From a virus, in the IMG/VR virus record IMGVR_UViG_3300045988_078245: a stretch of 31,432 nt of DNA; one strand, written 5' to 3'. Positions within the stretch are counted from its first letter, which is position 1. Each line of letters opens with the position of its first letter. Of the stretch, positions 23,920 through 31,277 are shown in pieces. Below the pieces are notes generated by a model that had not been told where the DNA came from, ran no database searches, and saw only the letters and a list, made by a program, of their open reading frames with translations. A program made the position numbers and the translations under genes.

Positions 23920-24449
23920 ACTTTAAGAAAATGTTATCCATTTGCAAAAGAAGCAAGGCCTATTTTCTATATGACCTGCCAGACGGCGAGCAAATGCTCA
24001 GTAATGGCAGCTGCGGGTACATCCTGTACGGCCATCCGGAATACACGCCGGAGACGCTGCGTATGGTCGCTGACTTGGCAGAGGACGACAGCGTAATCAT
24101 GACAAGAATGCAAAAAGCGAATCTGCCGCTGGCAGACCAATGCGCCGATGAAGAATATGCCGTCCCGCTGGACACCTGCATTGTAGCCGCAGGCGCTGTA
24201 TGGCAACCGCTGATTGTAGGTGCGGGCATGACATTCATCAACAGAAGAGCGTTGCAACCTATCGAAAAGGAAGAAGAGGGATATTACCTGTACAAGCGCG
24301 GGAACCTGGTGATCGTTAAGTCCGGACTGATCGTGCAGGGCGTGATCAGCACAATGGATCTGTCCAAAGCAGAAGCTGTATGCAGGGATCTGATCAACCT
24401 GGGCACCGTGGCCGGTATGGCCTTTGAGGAGCGCAACAATGAAGAATGA
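23916..24449 (+). CDS. Hypothetical protein
   Basis: 177 aa with RBS aaaggag and an ATGA overlap with the previous gene. Confidence 0.6.
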   Translation: MNFKKMLSICKRSKAYFLYDLPDGEQMLSNGSCGYILYGHPEYTPETLRMVADLAEDDSVIMTRMQKANLPLADQCADEEYAVPLDTCIVAAGAVWQPLIVGAGMTFINRRALQPIEKEEEGYYLYKRGNLVIVKSGLIVQGVISTMDLSKAEAVCRDLINLGTVAGMAFEERNNEE

Positions 24450-24606
24450 GAACGAAAAAACTACAGTTGCAATCTTGGCGACGATATGCAGAGATGTGTG
24501 TATCTACGGCTCAATCAATAACTGGTGCGGCCTTGACAAGCCGGAACTGGACGAGCACAGCCAGCGTTGCGCGCTGGCGCAGATCAAGGAGGTAACGCTG
24601 AAATGA
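24439..24606 (+). CDS. Small Cys-rich hypothetical protein
   Basis: 55 aa, translationally coupled on both sides. Confidence 0.45.
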   Translation: MKNENEKTTVAILATICRDVCIYGSINNWCGLDKPELDEHSQRCALAQIKEVTLK

Positions 24607-24920
24607 CCGAGAAAATCCAAAAAGCCATTGATAAGATCGACCAGGAGGCGGAGAAGATGGGCAGCGCAACCGTGCGCCTGCTTTGCTCACACATTATAGA
24701 CCACTGCCTGGTCAATGATGAAAACGCGGACAAGGTACTGGCTGAGGGCAAGAGCCTAAAAGCCTGCTGGGATCACATCACCAACAACGCCCGGAAACAA
24801 GCAGCGGGCAACTGCGCAGCCGTGCCGGACGACACCGTGTACGAATGGGCAGCGGGCTATTACGGCTTTACCGCCGAAGAGACCAAGGCAGAGATCATCG
24901 ACCTGCTGGATCTGCTGTGA
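24603..24920 (+). CDS. PcfK-like protein
   Basis: 105 aa. Reads SLKACWDHITNNARKQAAGNCAAVPDDTVYEWAAGYYGF, which I remember as resembling the PcfK family. Adjacent to the PcfJ-like gene. Confidence 0.55.
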   Translation: MTEKIQKAIDKIDQEAEKMGSATVRLLCSHIIDHCLVNDENADKVLAEGKSLKACWDHITNNARKQAAGNCAAVPDDTVYEWAAGYYGFTAEETKAEIIDLLDLL

Positions 24921-24929
24921 GGTGTCGAT

Positions 24930-26606
24930 ATGGGAAAAAAACTGAACACGCTTACGCAGGAACAGGCTCGGAAGATTTGGAACGGCCGCCCGAAACTGCC
25001 GGAGAAAAAGATCAACAAGTTTGCCCACGAAGAGGTATTCGTCAATGAGCAGTACTTTTTCAAACACAAAGAATGCGGTCACAGGTATGGCTATTGTACC
25101 GCTTGCGGCAAGGATGTGCAGATCGACATTGAGAACATGCGACTATGGACGGACAAGCACGCAGCCTGCCGCTCTGCACGGCATAACGACACCGTATGCT
25201 GCCCGGTCTGCGGGCACGAAGTTCAAGTCAAAGACGCCGGGCGTGGCCGTAGTCAGTTGATAAACACGGCAGTGGTGGCGGTAACACAGCGAACACGGAA
25301 CGGCGGCATATTGCTTTCTTTCGTTCGAGTGTATGAGGATTATACGCGCAACTATAAAGCCGCGCCGGAAAGGGGCACACTGCTGTACGCTGCATACTTC
25401 AATCTCGGCCAGCACTTTGTAGCCGAACAAACATACGGTGGAGGGATGTACATAAGCGTAAAGCAAAAGCCAACACGCCGACTGCCATGCACGGTGGAGC
25501 CGGTTAAGCTGGATCACAACAGCTGGAAATGTACAGAGGGAGAGGGCGCAAAACTGCTTGGATTTGAAGAAGCGCTGGAGAGGAGCAATCTGCGCTATCT
25601 TCCATGGGAAGCGTACCACGAGTGTGCGCAGCAACTGTACCGTAGCGCTATGGCCAACTACCCGGTCAACCTGCTTGGGTTACTGTATCAATATAGCCGG
25701 TACCCGGTGCTTACAGAGCGTCTAATAAAAGAGGGCAACGGTGACCTGGTAGCCGAACAGGTGGAGTGGAATTGTACAGCCGGTCTGGACTACAAGCAAG
25801 TGGTGCCTTACAAGGCTATGCGACTGACCAAGCAGGAGTACCGTATGTTAAAGACGCAAGACAACATTTGCTGTTCAACGCTCAAAGCAACAAAGGCATT
25901 GAAAAAATACGGCTGCAAAATGACAGACGAAAATTTCCGCTTTTTTCTTGTTTTTCAGCACAGCTGGAGCCAGCAGAAATGCTATAAGGCGCTTGATGTT
26001 TTGCGGAGACACCTACCTCCGCAAAAGGCGGTGAACTGGGTAAACCGGCAGGCAGCTGGAGGATATGGAACGCCAGCCAATGTGCTGTCAGACTACAGTG
26101 ACTATATGGACCAGTGCAGTAGACTGGGCCTGGATGTTAACCGTAAAGAGGTAGCCGTACCGCAGAATCTGCGAGATCTGCACCGGCAGTATTCCGAAGA
26201 ATTGACACGCCGAGCTAATGAAAAGAAAGCAAAAAAGCAAGCCGAGCGGGCAAAGAAGTTAGCTAAGGATCTGCCAAAACTGAAACGAAAATATACATAC
26301 GCAAGCAGCGGGCTGTTCATTCGGCCGGCCGAGGGACCGGAAGATCTGCTGAAAGAGGGTTGTGCCCAGCACAACTGTGTGTACTCCTGTTACACGGAAC
26401 AATACCTGGACAGAAAGACGGATATACTTTTTGTACGAAAGCAGTCGGACCCGGATCAGTCCTATGTGACCGTTGAGTTCAAAAACGGCACCGTTATTCA
26501 ATGCAGAGCGGATCACAACCGACCTGCACCGCCGGATGTGCAGGAGTTTATGCAAGCCTGGCTTGCCTACCTAAAGTCGAACAGAAAAACGAAAGCAGTC
26601 AGTTAA
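24930..26606 (+). CDS. PcfJ-like protein with an N-terminal Cys4 zinc-ribbon region
   Basis: 558 aa. C-terminus reads EGCAQHNCVYSCYTEQYLDRKTDILFVRK...YVTVEFKNGTVIQCRADHNRP. N-terminal Cys pairs: CTACGK and CPVCGH. Confidence 0.65.
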   Translation: MGKKLNTLTQEQARKIWNGRPKLPEKKINKFAHEEVFVNEQYFFKHKECGHRYGYCTACGKDVQIDIENMRLWTDKHAACRSARHNDTVCCPVCGHEVQVKDAGRGRSQLINTAVVAVTQRTRNGGILLSFVRVYEDYTRNYKAAPERGTLLYAAYFNLGQHFVAEQTYGGGMYISVKQKPTRRLPCTVEPVKLDHNSWKCTEGEGAKLLGFEEALERSNLRYLPWEAYHECAQQLYRSAMANYPVNLLGLLYQYSRYPVLTERLIKEGNGDLVAEQVEWNCTAGLDYKQVVPYKAMRLTKQEYRMLKTQDNICCSTLKATKALKKYGCKMTDENFRFFLVFQHSWSQQKCYKALDVLRRHLPPQKAVNWVNRQAAGGYGTPANVLSDYSDYMDQCSRLGLDVNRKEVAVPQNLRDLHRQYSEELTRRANEKKAKKQAERAKKLAKDLPKLKRKYTYASSGLFIRPAEGPEDLLKEGCAQHNCVYSCYTEQYLDRKTDILFVRKQSDPDQSYVTVEFKNGTVIQCRADHNRPAPPDVQEFMQAWLAYLKSNRKTKAVS

Positions 26607-26615
26607 GGAGGACTT

Positions 26616-27572
26616 ATGGATAACCAAATCACCACAATGCAAGAAGTAACGCCCGCAACCCAGAAAGCCTACGACACCCACGCGAGGATCCTGGCCAACG
26701 GTCAGGTAATGGCCAGAGCACTGGTAGATGTGTGCCACGATCTTAAGACAATGCGGGATGAGGGCCTATACACGGAGCTGGGCTATGACACATTCGAGGA
26801 GTACGCCGAGCAAGCCTGCGGCATTAAGCAGCGGCAAGCCTATTCCTACATATCAGCCTATGAAAAGCTGGGCCAGAAGTATATGGCCGACCACGCCGAC
26901 CTGGGGATCACCAAGCTGGAGTTGATCTCTCAAATCAGCAGTTATGAGCGTGAGGAATTCCTGGAGGATGTGGACGCAGAAAGCGCTACGGTCCGGGAGC
27001 TGAAAGCAGAGGTTGAACGCTACAAGAAGCAGACGGAACAGCTGACCTTCGATCTTGGCCAGGCACAGAGCGAATTAAGCGAAGCACCGGAGCCGGTGGA
27101 CACGGATGCACTCCGTTCTTCCATTGAGCAGGAAGTAAAAGCCAAGTACAGCGCCCAGCTGGAAGAATTGCAGCAGCGGGCCGACGCAGCGCCGGACCCG
27201 GAGGTGATACGAAAGGAAGCGGAAAAGGAAGCCGCCAAGGAATACAAAGCCAAGCTGGCAACGGCAAAGGCAGACGCCGAGAAGAAAGCCAAAGCCGCTG
27301 TAGAAAAGCTGGAGCAGGAAAAGGCAGACCTGGAACGGCAGTTGGACAGCAGCACCACCAAGTTGGACGCCGCTGTTCGGCAAGCCAAGGCAGCGGGCGC
27401 AGACACGGATGTAGCCGCCTGCCGGGTGTACTTCACCGAACTGCAACAAACCGCCGCAAAGGTACAGGAGCTGATCGGCAAGATCAATGCCAAAGACCCG
27501 GCCACCGGAGCCAAGCTCTCCGCCGCCGTTATTTCCGTTTTGCAGTCAACTGCGAAGAATTTGGAGGCATAA
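26616..27572 (+). CDS. DNA-binding protein: ParB/KorB-HTH-like N-terminus plus a long Ala/Lys/Glu coiled coil
   Basis: 318 aa with RBS aaggagg. Reads LYTELGYDTFEEYAEQACGIKQRQAYSYISAYEKLG. Confidence 0.55.
   Translation: MDNQITTMQEVTPATQKAYDTHARILANGQVMARALVDVCHDLKTMRDEGLYTELGYDTFEEYAEQACGIKQRQAYSYISAYEKLGQKYMADHADLGITKLELISQISSYEREEFLEDVDAESATVRELKAEVERYKKQTEQLTFDLGQAQSELSEAPEPVDTDALRSSIEQEVKAKYSAQLEELQQRADAAPDPEVIRKEAEKEAAKEYKAKLATAKADAEKKAKAAVEKLEQEKADLERQLDSSTTKLDAAVRQAKAAGADTDVAACRVYFTELQQTAAKVQELIGKINAKDPATGAKLSAAVISVLQSTAKNLEA
27539..27556. repeat. Palindrome TTTGCAGT-CA-ACTGCGAA, copy 3 of 3 (one mismatch)
   Basis: Lies inside the last 34 nt of CDS 26616-27572 and ends 17 nt before ATG 27574. 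Confidence 0.85.
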
Positions 27573-27573
27573 C

Positions 27574-27828
27574 ATGGAAGACCCTATCAAGAAGAGACTG
27601 TGGAACAAAAGAAAAAGTGAAACGCTCAAGGTGGCAGACCTGCAAGGCTACCTCGCCCAGTTTGAGCCGGCCGCAGAAGTTCAGCTCGGTGTTGTTCAAA
27701 CGCGAGGCACCACAATGTGGCGCCACCCGATCCAAGGGTTCAAGTTTGTTTTCGGCGGAGATGTGCCGGCACTGCTGATCACGGTGGGCAAAGCCAAACA
27801 GATCAAGGACGGTGACCGGAATGGCTGA
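27574..27828 (+). CDS. Hypothetical protein
   Basis: 84 aa with RBS ggagg. Confidence 0.55.
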   Translation: MEDPIKKRLWNKRKSETLKVADLQGYLAQFEPAAEVQLGVVQTRGTTMWRHPIQGFKFVFGGDVPALLITVGKAKQIKDGDRNG

Positions 27829-28027
27829 GTACCTGGCTATGGCTAATGTGCTGCTGTTTCGCCTACTGATCCACTTGTTGCTGTTAGCCGCCACGGCAGT
27901 GGTGGCAGGGGCAATACTGTTGGCACTGTGTCTGCTGGTCATCACGGCTAAACAGACACTGGGCGAGAGGAGGAAAAAATGGCGCACAAGAAGAAAAACG
28001 AAGCGGTCAAGAAAACCAAAGCACTGA
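27821..28027 (+). CDS. Small hydrophobic protein (uncertain)
   Basis: 68 aa with two predicted TM helices and a basic tail. It overlaps the next, well-supported CDS by 49 nt. Confidence 0.35.
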   Translation: MAEYLAMANVLLFRLLIHLLLLAATAVVAGAILLALCLLVITAKQTLGERRKKWRTRRKTKRSRKPKH

Positions 28028-28335
28028 TGGCCAACTACAGAGCAATGCAGGCGTATGTAGACTCACAAGCACAGCCGGAGGACCAGGAGGGTCAAGAGGA
28101 CACGCGCCGCCTGCTCAGCCAGATAGACGCAGCGCTGGAACAGATCTCGCAGGACTATGCGGCGGTCGGCGAAGATCAGAAGATGGTGGCGTTTCGTCTT
28201 AAGTACATCAATGGAAAGACTTACGAACAGATCGCCGAGCAGATGGAAACACACGAGAACACGCCGCACAACTGGATTAACCAAATCAACAAGCGGCTGG
28301 CTGTGTATTTATATGGGGTGCAGGCGTTGCGCTAA
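27979..28335 (+). CDS. ArpU/RinA-like late transcriptional activator (sigma region 4-like)
   Basis: 118 aa with RBS gaggagg. C-terminal HTH reads KTYEQIAEQMETHENTPHNWINQINKRL. It is the last gene before the packaging operon. Confidence 0.58.
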   Translation: MAHKKKNEAVKKTKALMANYRAMQAYVDSQAQPEDQEGQEDTRRLLSQIDAALEQISQDYAAVGEDQKMVAFRLKYINGKTYEQIAEQMETHENTPHNWINQINKRLAVYLYGVQALR

Positions 28336-28344
28336 ACCTTAGGG

Positions 28345-28368
28345 GGGTGGGTATCCACCCTCTTTTTT
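28345..28368 (+). terminator. Intrinsic terminator after the early operon
   Basis: Stem GGGTGG / CCACCC with a gtat loop, followed by tCTTTTTT. Confidence 0.6.
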
Positions 28369-28372
28369 CTTT

Positions 28373-28409
28373 GTTTTTTTCTTGTATTTTTCGTGTTTTT
28401 TTCTTGTAT
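28373..28409 (+). repeat. 15-bp direct repeat GTTTTTTTCTTGTAT, two copies (candidate late-promoter activator sites or a packaging-site element)
   Basis: Copies at 28373-28387 and 28395-28409. A TACAAT -10-like hexamer lies downstream at about 28433, with no good -35. Confidence 0.75.
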
Positions 28410-28460
28410 GGTGTGCCACTAAACTATTCACTACAATGAAATGTAAGGGAGGGCATTGGA

Positions 28461-28925
28461 ATGGCACTGCTTAAAATGTGCCGTTGCGGCAAGATCATTC
28501 CGCAGGCGCTGGAGATGTGTCCGGAGTGTGCACAGCACGCGGCAGACCGTCACAAGGAGTACAACGCAACCAGGAGAGACAAGAGAGCGTATGCGTTCTA
28601 CACCAGCGCCGAATGGCGCAAAGCAAGAGCGCTCCGCTTGCAACACGCCGGAGGACTGGATCTGTATGCACTATATGTGGATAGAGTGATCCAATACGCC
28701 GAGATGGTCCACCATATCGTGCCATTGAGCGAGGACTGGAGTAAGCGCTGCGATCAGCGCAACCTTTTTCCTCTCACCAACGCCAACCACAACAAGATTG
28801 AGGCGTTGTACGACTCCTCTATTGCTAAAAAAAAGCAAACGCAGCAGCTTTTGCGGCGGCTGCTGGAGCGGTTCGAGGCGGAGCAGAGGGGGGTGCAAGG
28901 GAAGTTTGGGGCACCCCGAGGATAG
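28461..28925 (+). CDS. HNH endonuclease (packaging-associated)
   Basis: 154 aa. Reads CRCGK...CPEC, HHIVPLSEDWSKR and NANHNKIE. Directly upstream of TerS. Confidence 0.85.
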   Translation: MALLKMCRCGKIIPQALEMCPECAQHAADRHKEYNATRRDKRAYAFYTSAEWRKARALRLQHAGGLDLYALYVDRVIQYAEMVHHIVPLSEDWSKRCDQRNLFPLTNANHNKIEALYDSSIAKKKQTQQLLRRLLERFEAEQRGVQGKFGAPRG

Positions 28926-29009
28926 TCGCGCCCACTCTTTCTTACGGAGAAAACTCCCCACGGAGGCTCAAAGGCTTACAGACCTGACAGATAGATTATT
29001 TTTGAAGTA

Positions 29010-29025
29010 TTACGGAATTACGGAA
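29010..29025 (+). repeat. Tandem TTACGGAA, two copies (a third copy, TTACGGAG, at 28942-28949)
   Basis: Read directly in the HNH-to-TerS intergenic region. Confidence 0.75.
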
Positions 29026-29038
29026 AGGAGTGACCGGA

Positions 29039-29548
29039 ATGGCCGGAAAAAGGCAGTCAACAGACGCAGTTATCGCCAAAGGCAAGAAGCACTTGACTAA
29101 GGCTGAGATCGAAGAGCGCAAGCAAGCGGAACTGGTTGCTCCGGCTGATCATATTGAGTACCCAAAAGGCGCACCAAGGAAGTATAAACAGCGTTTCGAT
29201 GAGATCGTTGCGGAACTGCGACGGCTTGGAGAGAACACCGTCAGCAACCTGGACAGTCAGGCGCTGTTCCGGCTGGTCGTGGTAGAGCGGGACTTCTTGG
29301 AAGTCACCAAGCAGCTGACTAAAACGCAGATGATGAAAAAAGTCGAACGACCGGACGGCACCGTTACGATGGCGTACAACTCAACCTACGAGAATTTGCA
29401 AATTGCCCGCAGCCGATTATGGCAGCAATGCCGGCAGGGCGCAGCCGACTTCGGCCTAACAATGAGTGCCCGCTTCGGCCTGGTGGCGCCAAAGAAAAAA
29501 GAGCAGCCGGTCAACAAATTTTTGGTCGGTGATGATGTTGCTGACTGA
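29039..29548 (+). CDS. terS: Terminase small subunit (P27-family-like)
   Basis: ATG 29039 lies 8 nt after AAAGGAG. About 169 aa. The C-terminus reads FGLTMSARFGL. Overlaps the TerL start. Confidence 0.78.
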   Translation: MAGKRQSTDAVIAKGKKHLTKAEIEERKQAELVAPADHIEYPKGAPRKYKQRFDEIVAELRRLGENTVSNLDSQALFRLVVVERDFLEVTKQLTKTQMMKKVERPDGTVTMAYNSTYENLQIARSRLWQQCRQGAADFGLTMSARFGLVAPKKKEQPVNKFLVGDDVAD

Positions 29549-31277
29549 TCGCACAACAGACTACGCAAAGCGGGTGTGCAGCGGGCAAGTGGCAGGTGTC
29601 GGGAAAAGAGAAATCCAAGCCTGCCAGCGCCATTTAGATGACCTGAAAAAAAGCGACCTGGCGCCATTCGCCTATTACTTCGATCCGCGTCAAGCGCAAA
29701 TTTTGATCAACTTTGCCGAGAAGCTGACCATTGCCGAGGGTGACGAAGAGACGCCGTTCGTCTGCGCTGACTTCCAGGCGTTTATACTTGGGAGCCTGCA
29801 CGGCTGGCGAACAAAAGACGGCAACCACCGCCGGTACCGGACCTCATATATCCAACTGGCACGGCAGCAGGGCAAAAGCATACTCAATGGGATCCTGGCC
29901 ACATTCTACGGCAACTTCACCAAATACAAATATGCGCAGGTTTACTGTGCAGCCACCAAGACAGACCAGGCAAAGATCGTGTTCAACGAAGTGGTGAAGT
30001 TCATCCGCAGCGACCACGACCTGGAGGCCCTATTCAATGTGCACGAGCACAACTCAACTATAGATTGCAAGCTGACCGGTAGCCACATACGAGCGCTATC
30101 CGGTGACACCAAGCGGATAGATGGTTTCCGACCATACCTGGGGATCGTGGACGAATACCACGCCCATAAGAACAACCAGGTTTATAAGCTGCTGGAGGGC
30201 GGCACAAAGTTTATGCAATCCTGCCTGATCAGCGTTATCACTACTGCCGGGTTCAATCTCAAATATCCGTGTCACAAGATGTATGAGACCTGCTGTAGTA
30301 TCTTGGACGGTACTTTCGATAACCCGACACGATTTGTTTTTATTGCAGAAATGGACCAGGGCGACGACTATTTTGAACCGACCAACTGGCTAAAGTCCAA
30401 TCCCCTGCTGCGAGACAGGCCGGATCTGCTGGGTAACATGATCGCCACAGCCAACGAGGCCCGGCGTGAGGGCGGAGACACCCTCCGTGACTTCGTTGTA
30501 AAGCAGCTGAACTGCTGGATCCAAGCAGCGGGCAACAACTACATCGACAACGCCGAAGAATGGACGGCAGGTGCGTCAAACCGAACCTTAAAGGACTTTA
30601 TCGGTTCCAAGGCTTACGCCGGTTTGGACCTGTCCTCCGGCGGCGATCTGACCAGTCTAAGTATCGTTGTCCCCTACTATGTGGACGGCGAAAAACGGTA
30701 CTTTGTTTTCAGTCACAGCTTCATGCCGTCCAGGCGGCTGGAAGAACATATACAGTCGGACGACGCCCCATACGATGTGTGGGTGCGGCAGGGTCTGATT
30801 ACGGTAACGGAGACCATGGGCGGCGTAAAAACAGACTACCGATACATTCTCAATTACCTAAAACAGCTGATTACAGACTATAACTTGGATCTACAGGTCA
30901 TCTGTTACGACCCGCACAACGCTTCTGCATTTCTGGCAGACCTGGAGGAGATCGCCCCCTGCCTGTCCGTAACGCAAACGCACCGGGTGCTATCAACCCC
31001 TACGGAGGACCTACGGCTGGAGATCAAGGCAGGGCATGTGGAGTATAACGGCGACGACGCCCTTTTGACCCGATCCATGCTGTCCGCCAAGACGGTGGGC
31101 AATTCCTATGGGGAGGTCAAGATCGACAAGGAAGTCAAGACGGACCGTATCGACCCGGTAGACGCGCTGATCGACGCCTGGATAATGGCAATGCAGGAGG
31201 AGCAGGCAGTCAACTTGGACGACGTGGTTGAAGAATATCTTTCACTGATGGGAGCGAAATCAAATGCCATTTTTTGA
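29532..31277 (+). CDS. terL: Terminase large subunit
   Basis: 581 aa. Walker A-like LARQQGKS. Reads IVDEYHA, and the nuclease-domain region contains ICYDPHNA and DPVDAL. Confidence 0.9.
   Translation: MMLLTDRTTDYAKRVCSGQVAGVGKREIQACQRHLDDLKKSDLAPFAYYFDPRQAQILINFAEKLTIAEGDEETPFVCADFQAFILGSLHGWRTKDGNHRRYRTSYIQLARQQGKSILNGILATFYGNFTKYKYAQVYCAATKTDQAKIVFNEVVKFIRSDHDLEALFNVHEHNSTIDCKLTGSHIRALSGDTKRIDGFRPYLGIVDEYHAHKNNQVYKLLEGGTKFMQSCLISVITTAGFNLKYPCHKMYETCCSILDGTFDNPTRFVFIAEMDQGDDYFEPTNWLKSNPLLRDRPDLLGNMIATANEARREGGDTLRDFVVKQLNCWIQAAGNNYIDNAEEWTAGASNRTLKDFIGSKAYAGLDLSSGGDLTSLSIVVPYYVDGEKRYFVFSHSFMPSRRLEEHIQSDDAPYDVWVRQGLITVTETMGGVKTDYRYILNYLKQLITDYNLDLQVICYDPHNASAFLADLEEIAPCLSVTQTHRVLSTPTEDLRLEIKAGHVEYNGDDALLTRSMLSAKTVGNSYGEVKIDKEVKTDRIDPVDALIDAWIMAMQEEQAVNLDDVVEEYLSLMGAKSNAIF

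Larger units (their letters stand above)
969..30533 (+). repeat. 27 dispersed copies of CAGCGGGC, all on the + strand (25 as GCAGCGGGC). Starts: 969, 3166, 5806, 6741, 12351, 12413, 13479, 16770, 17601, 18067, 18520, 18964, 19012, 19126, 19966, 20051, 21057, 21984, 23499, 23560, 24802, 24850, 26306, 27174, 27391, 29579, 30526
   Basis: Manual line-by-line scan for agcggg and cccgct. The reverse complement GCCCGCTG was not found on the + strand, only 7/8 near-matches (GCCCGCTC twice, ACCCGCTG, TCCCGCTG, GCCCGCTT). Confidence 0.85.

Noticed and set aside
969-30533. Explaining the single-orientation octamer as evasion of a Type III restriction system, as with the one-strand CAGCAG sites of T7
   Set aside because: Orientation avoidance explains strand bias but not an excess of roughly 50-fold over expectation. 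Positive selection for the word itself is needed. I kept this as a minor alternative only.
969-30533. Explaining the octamer as a codon or peptide artefact (Ala-Ala-Gly)
   Set aside because: The word is read in all three frames on + strand genes. It keeps its DNA orientation inside - strand genes, where it encodes different peptides, and it also occurs in intergenic DNA.
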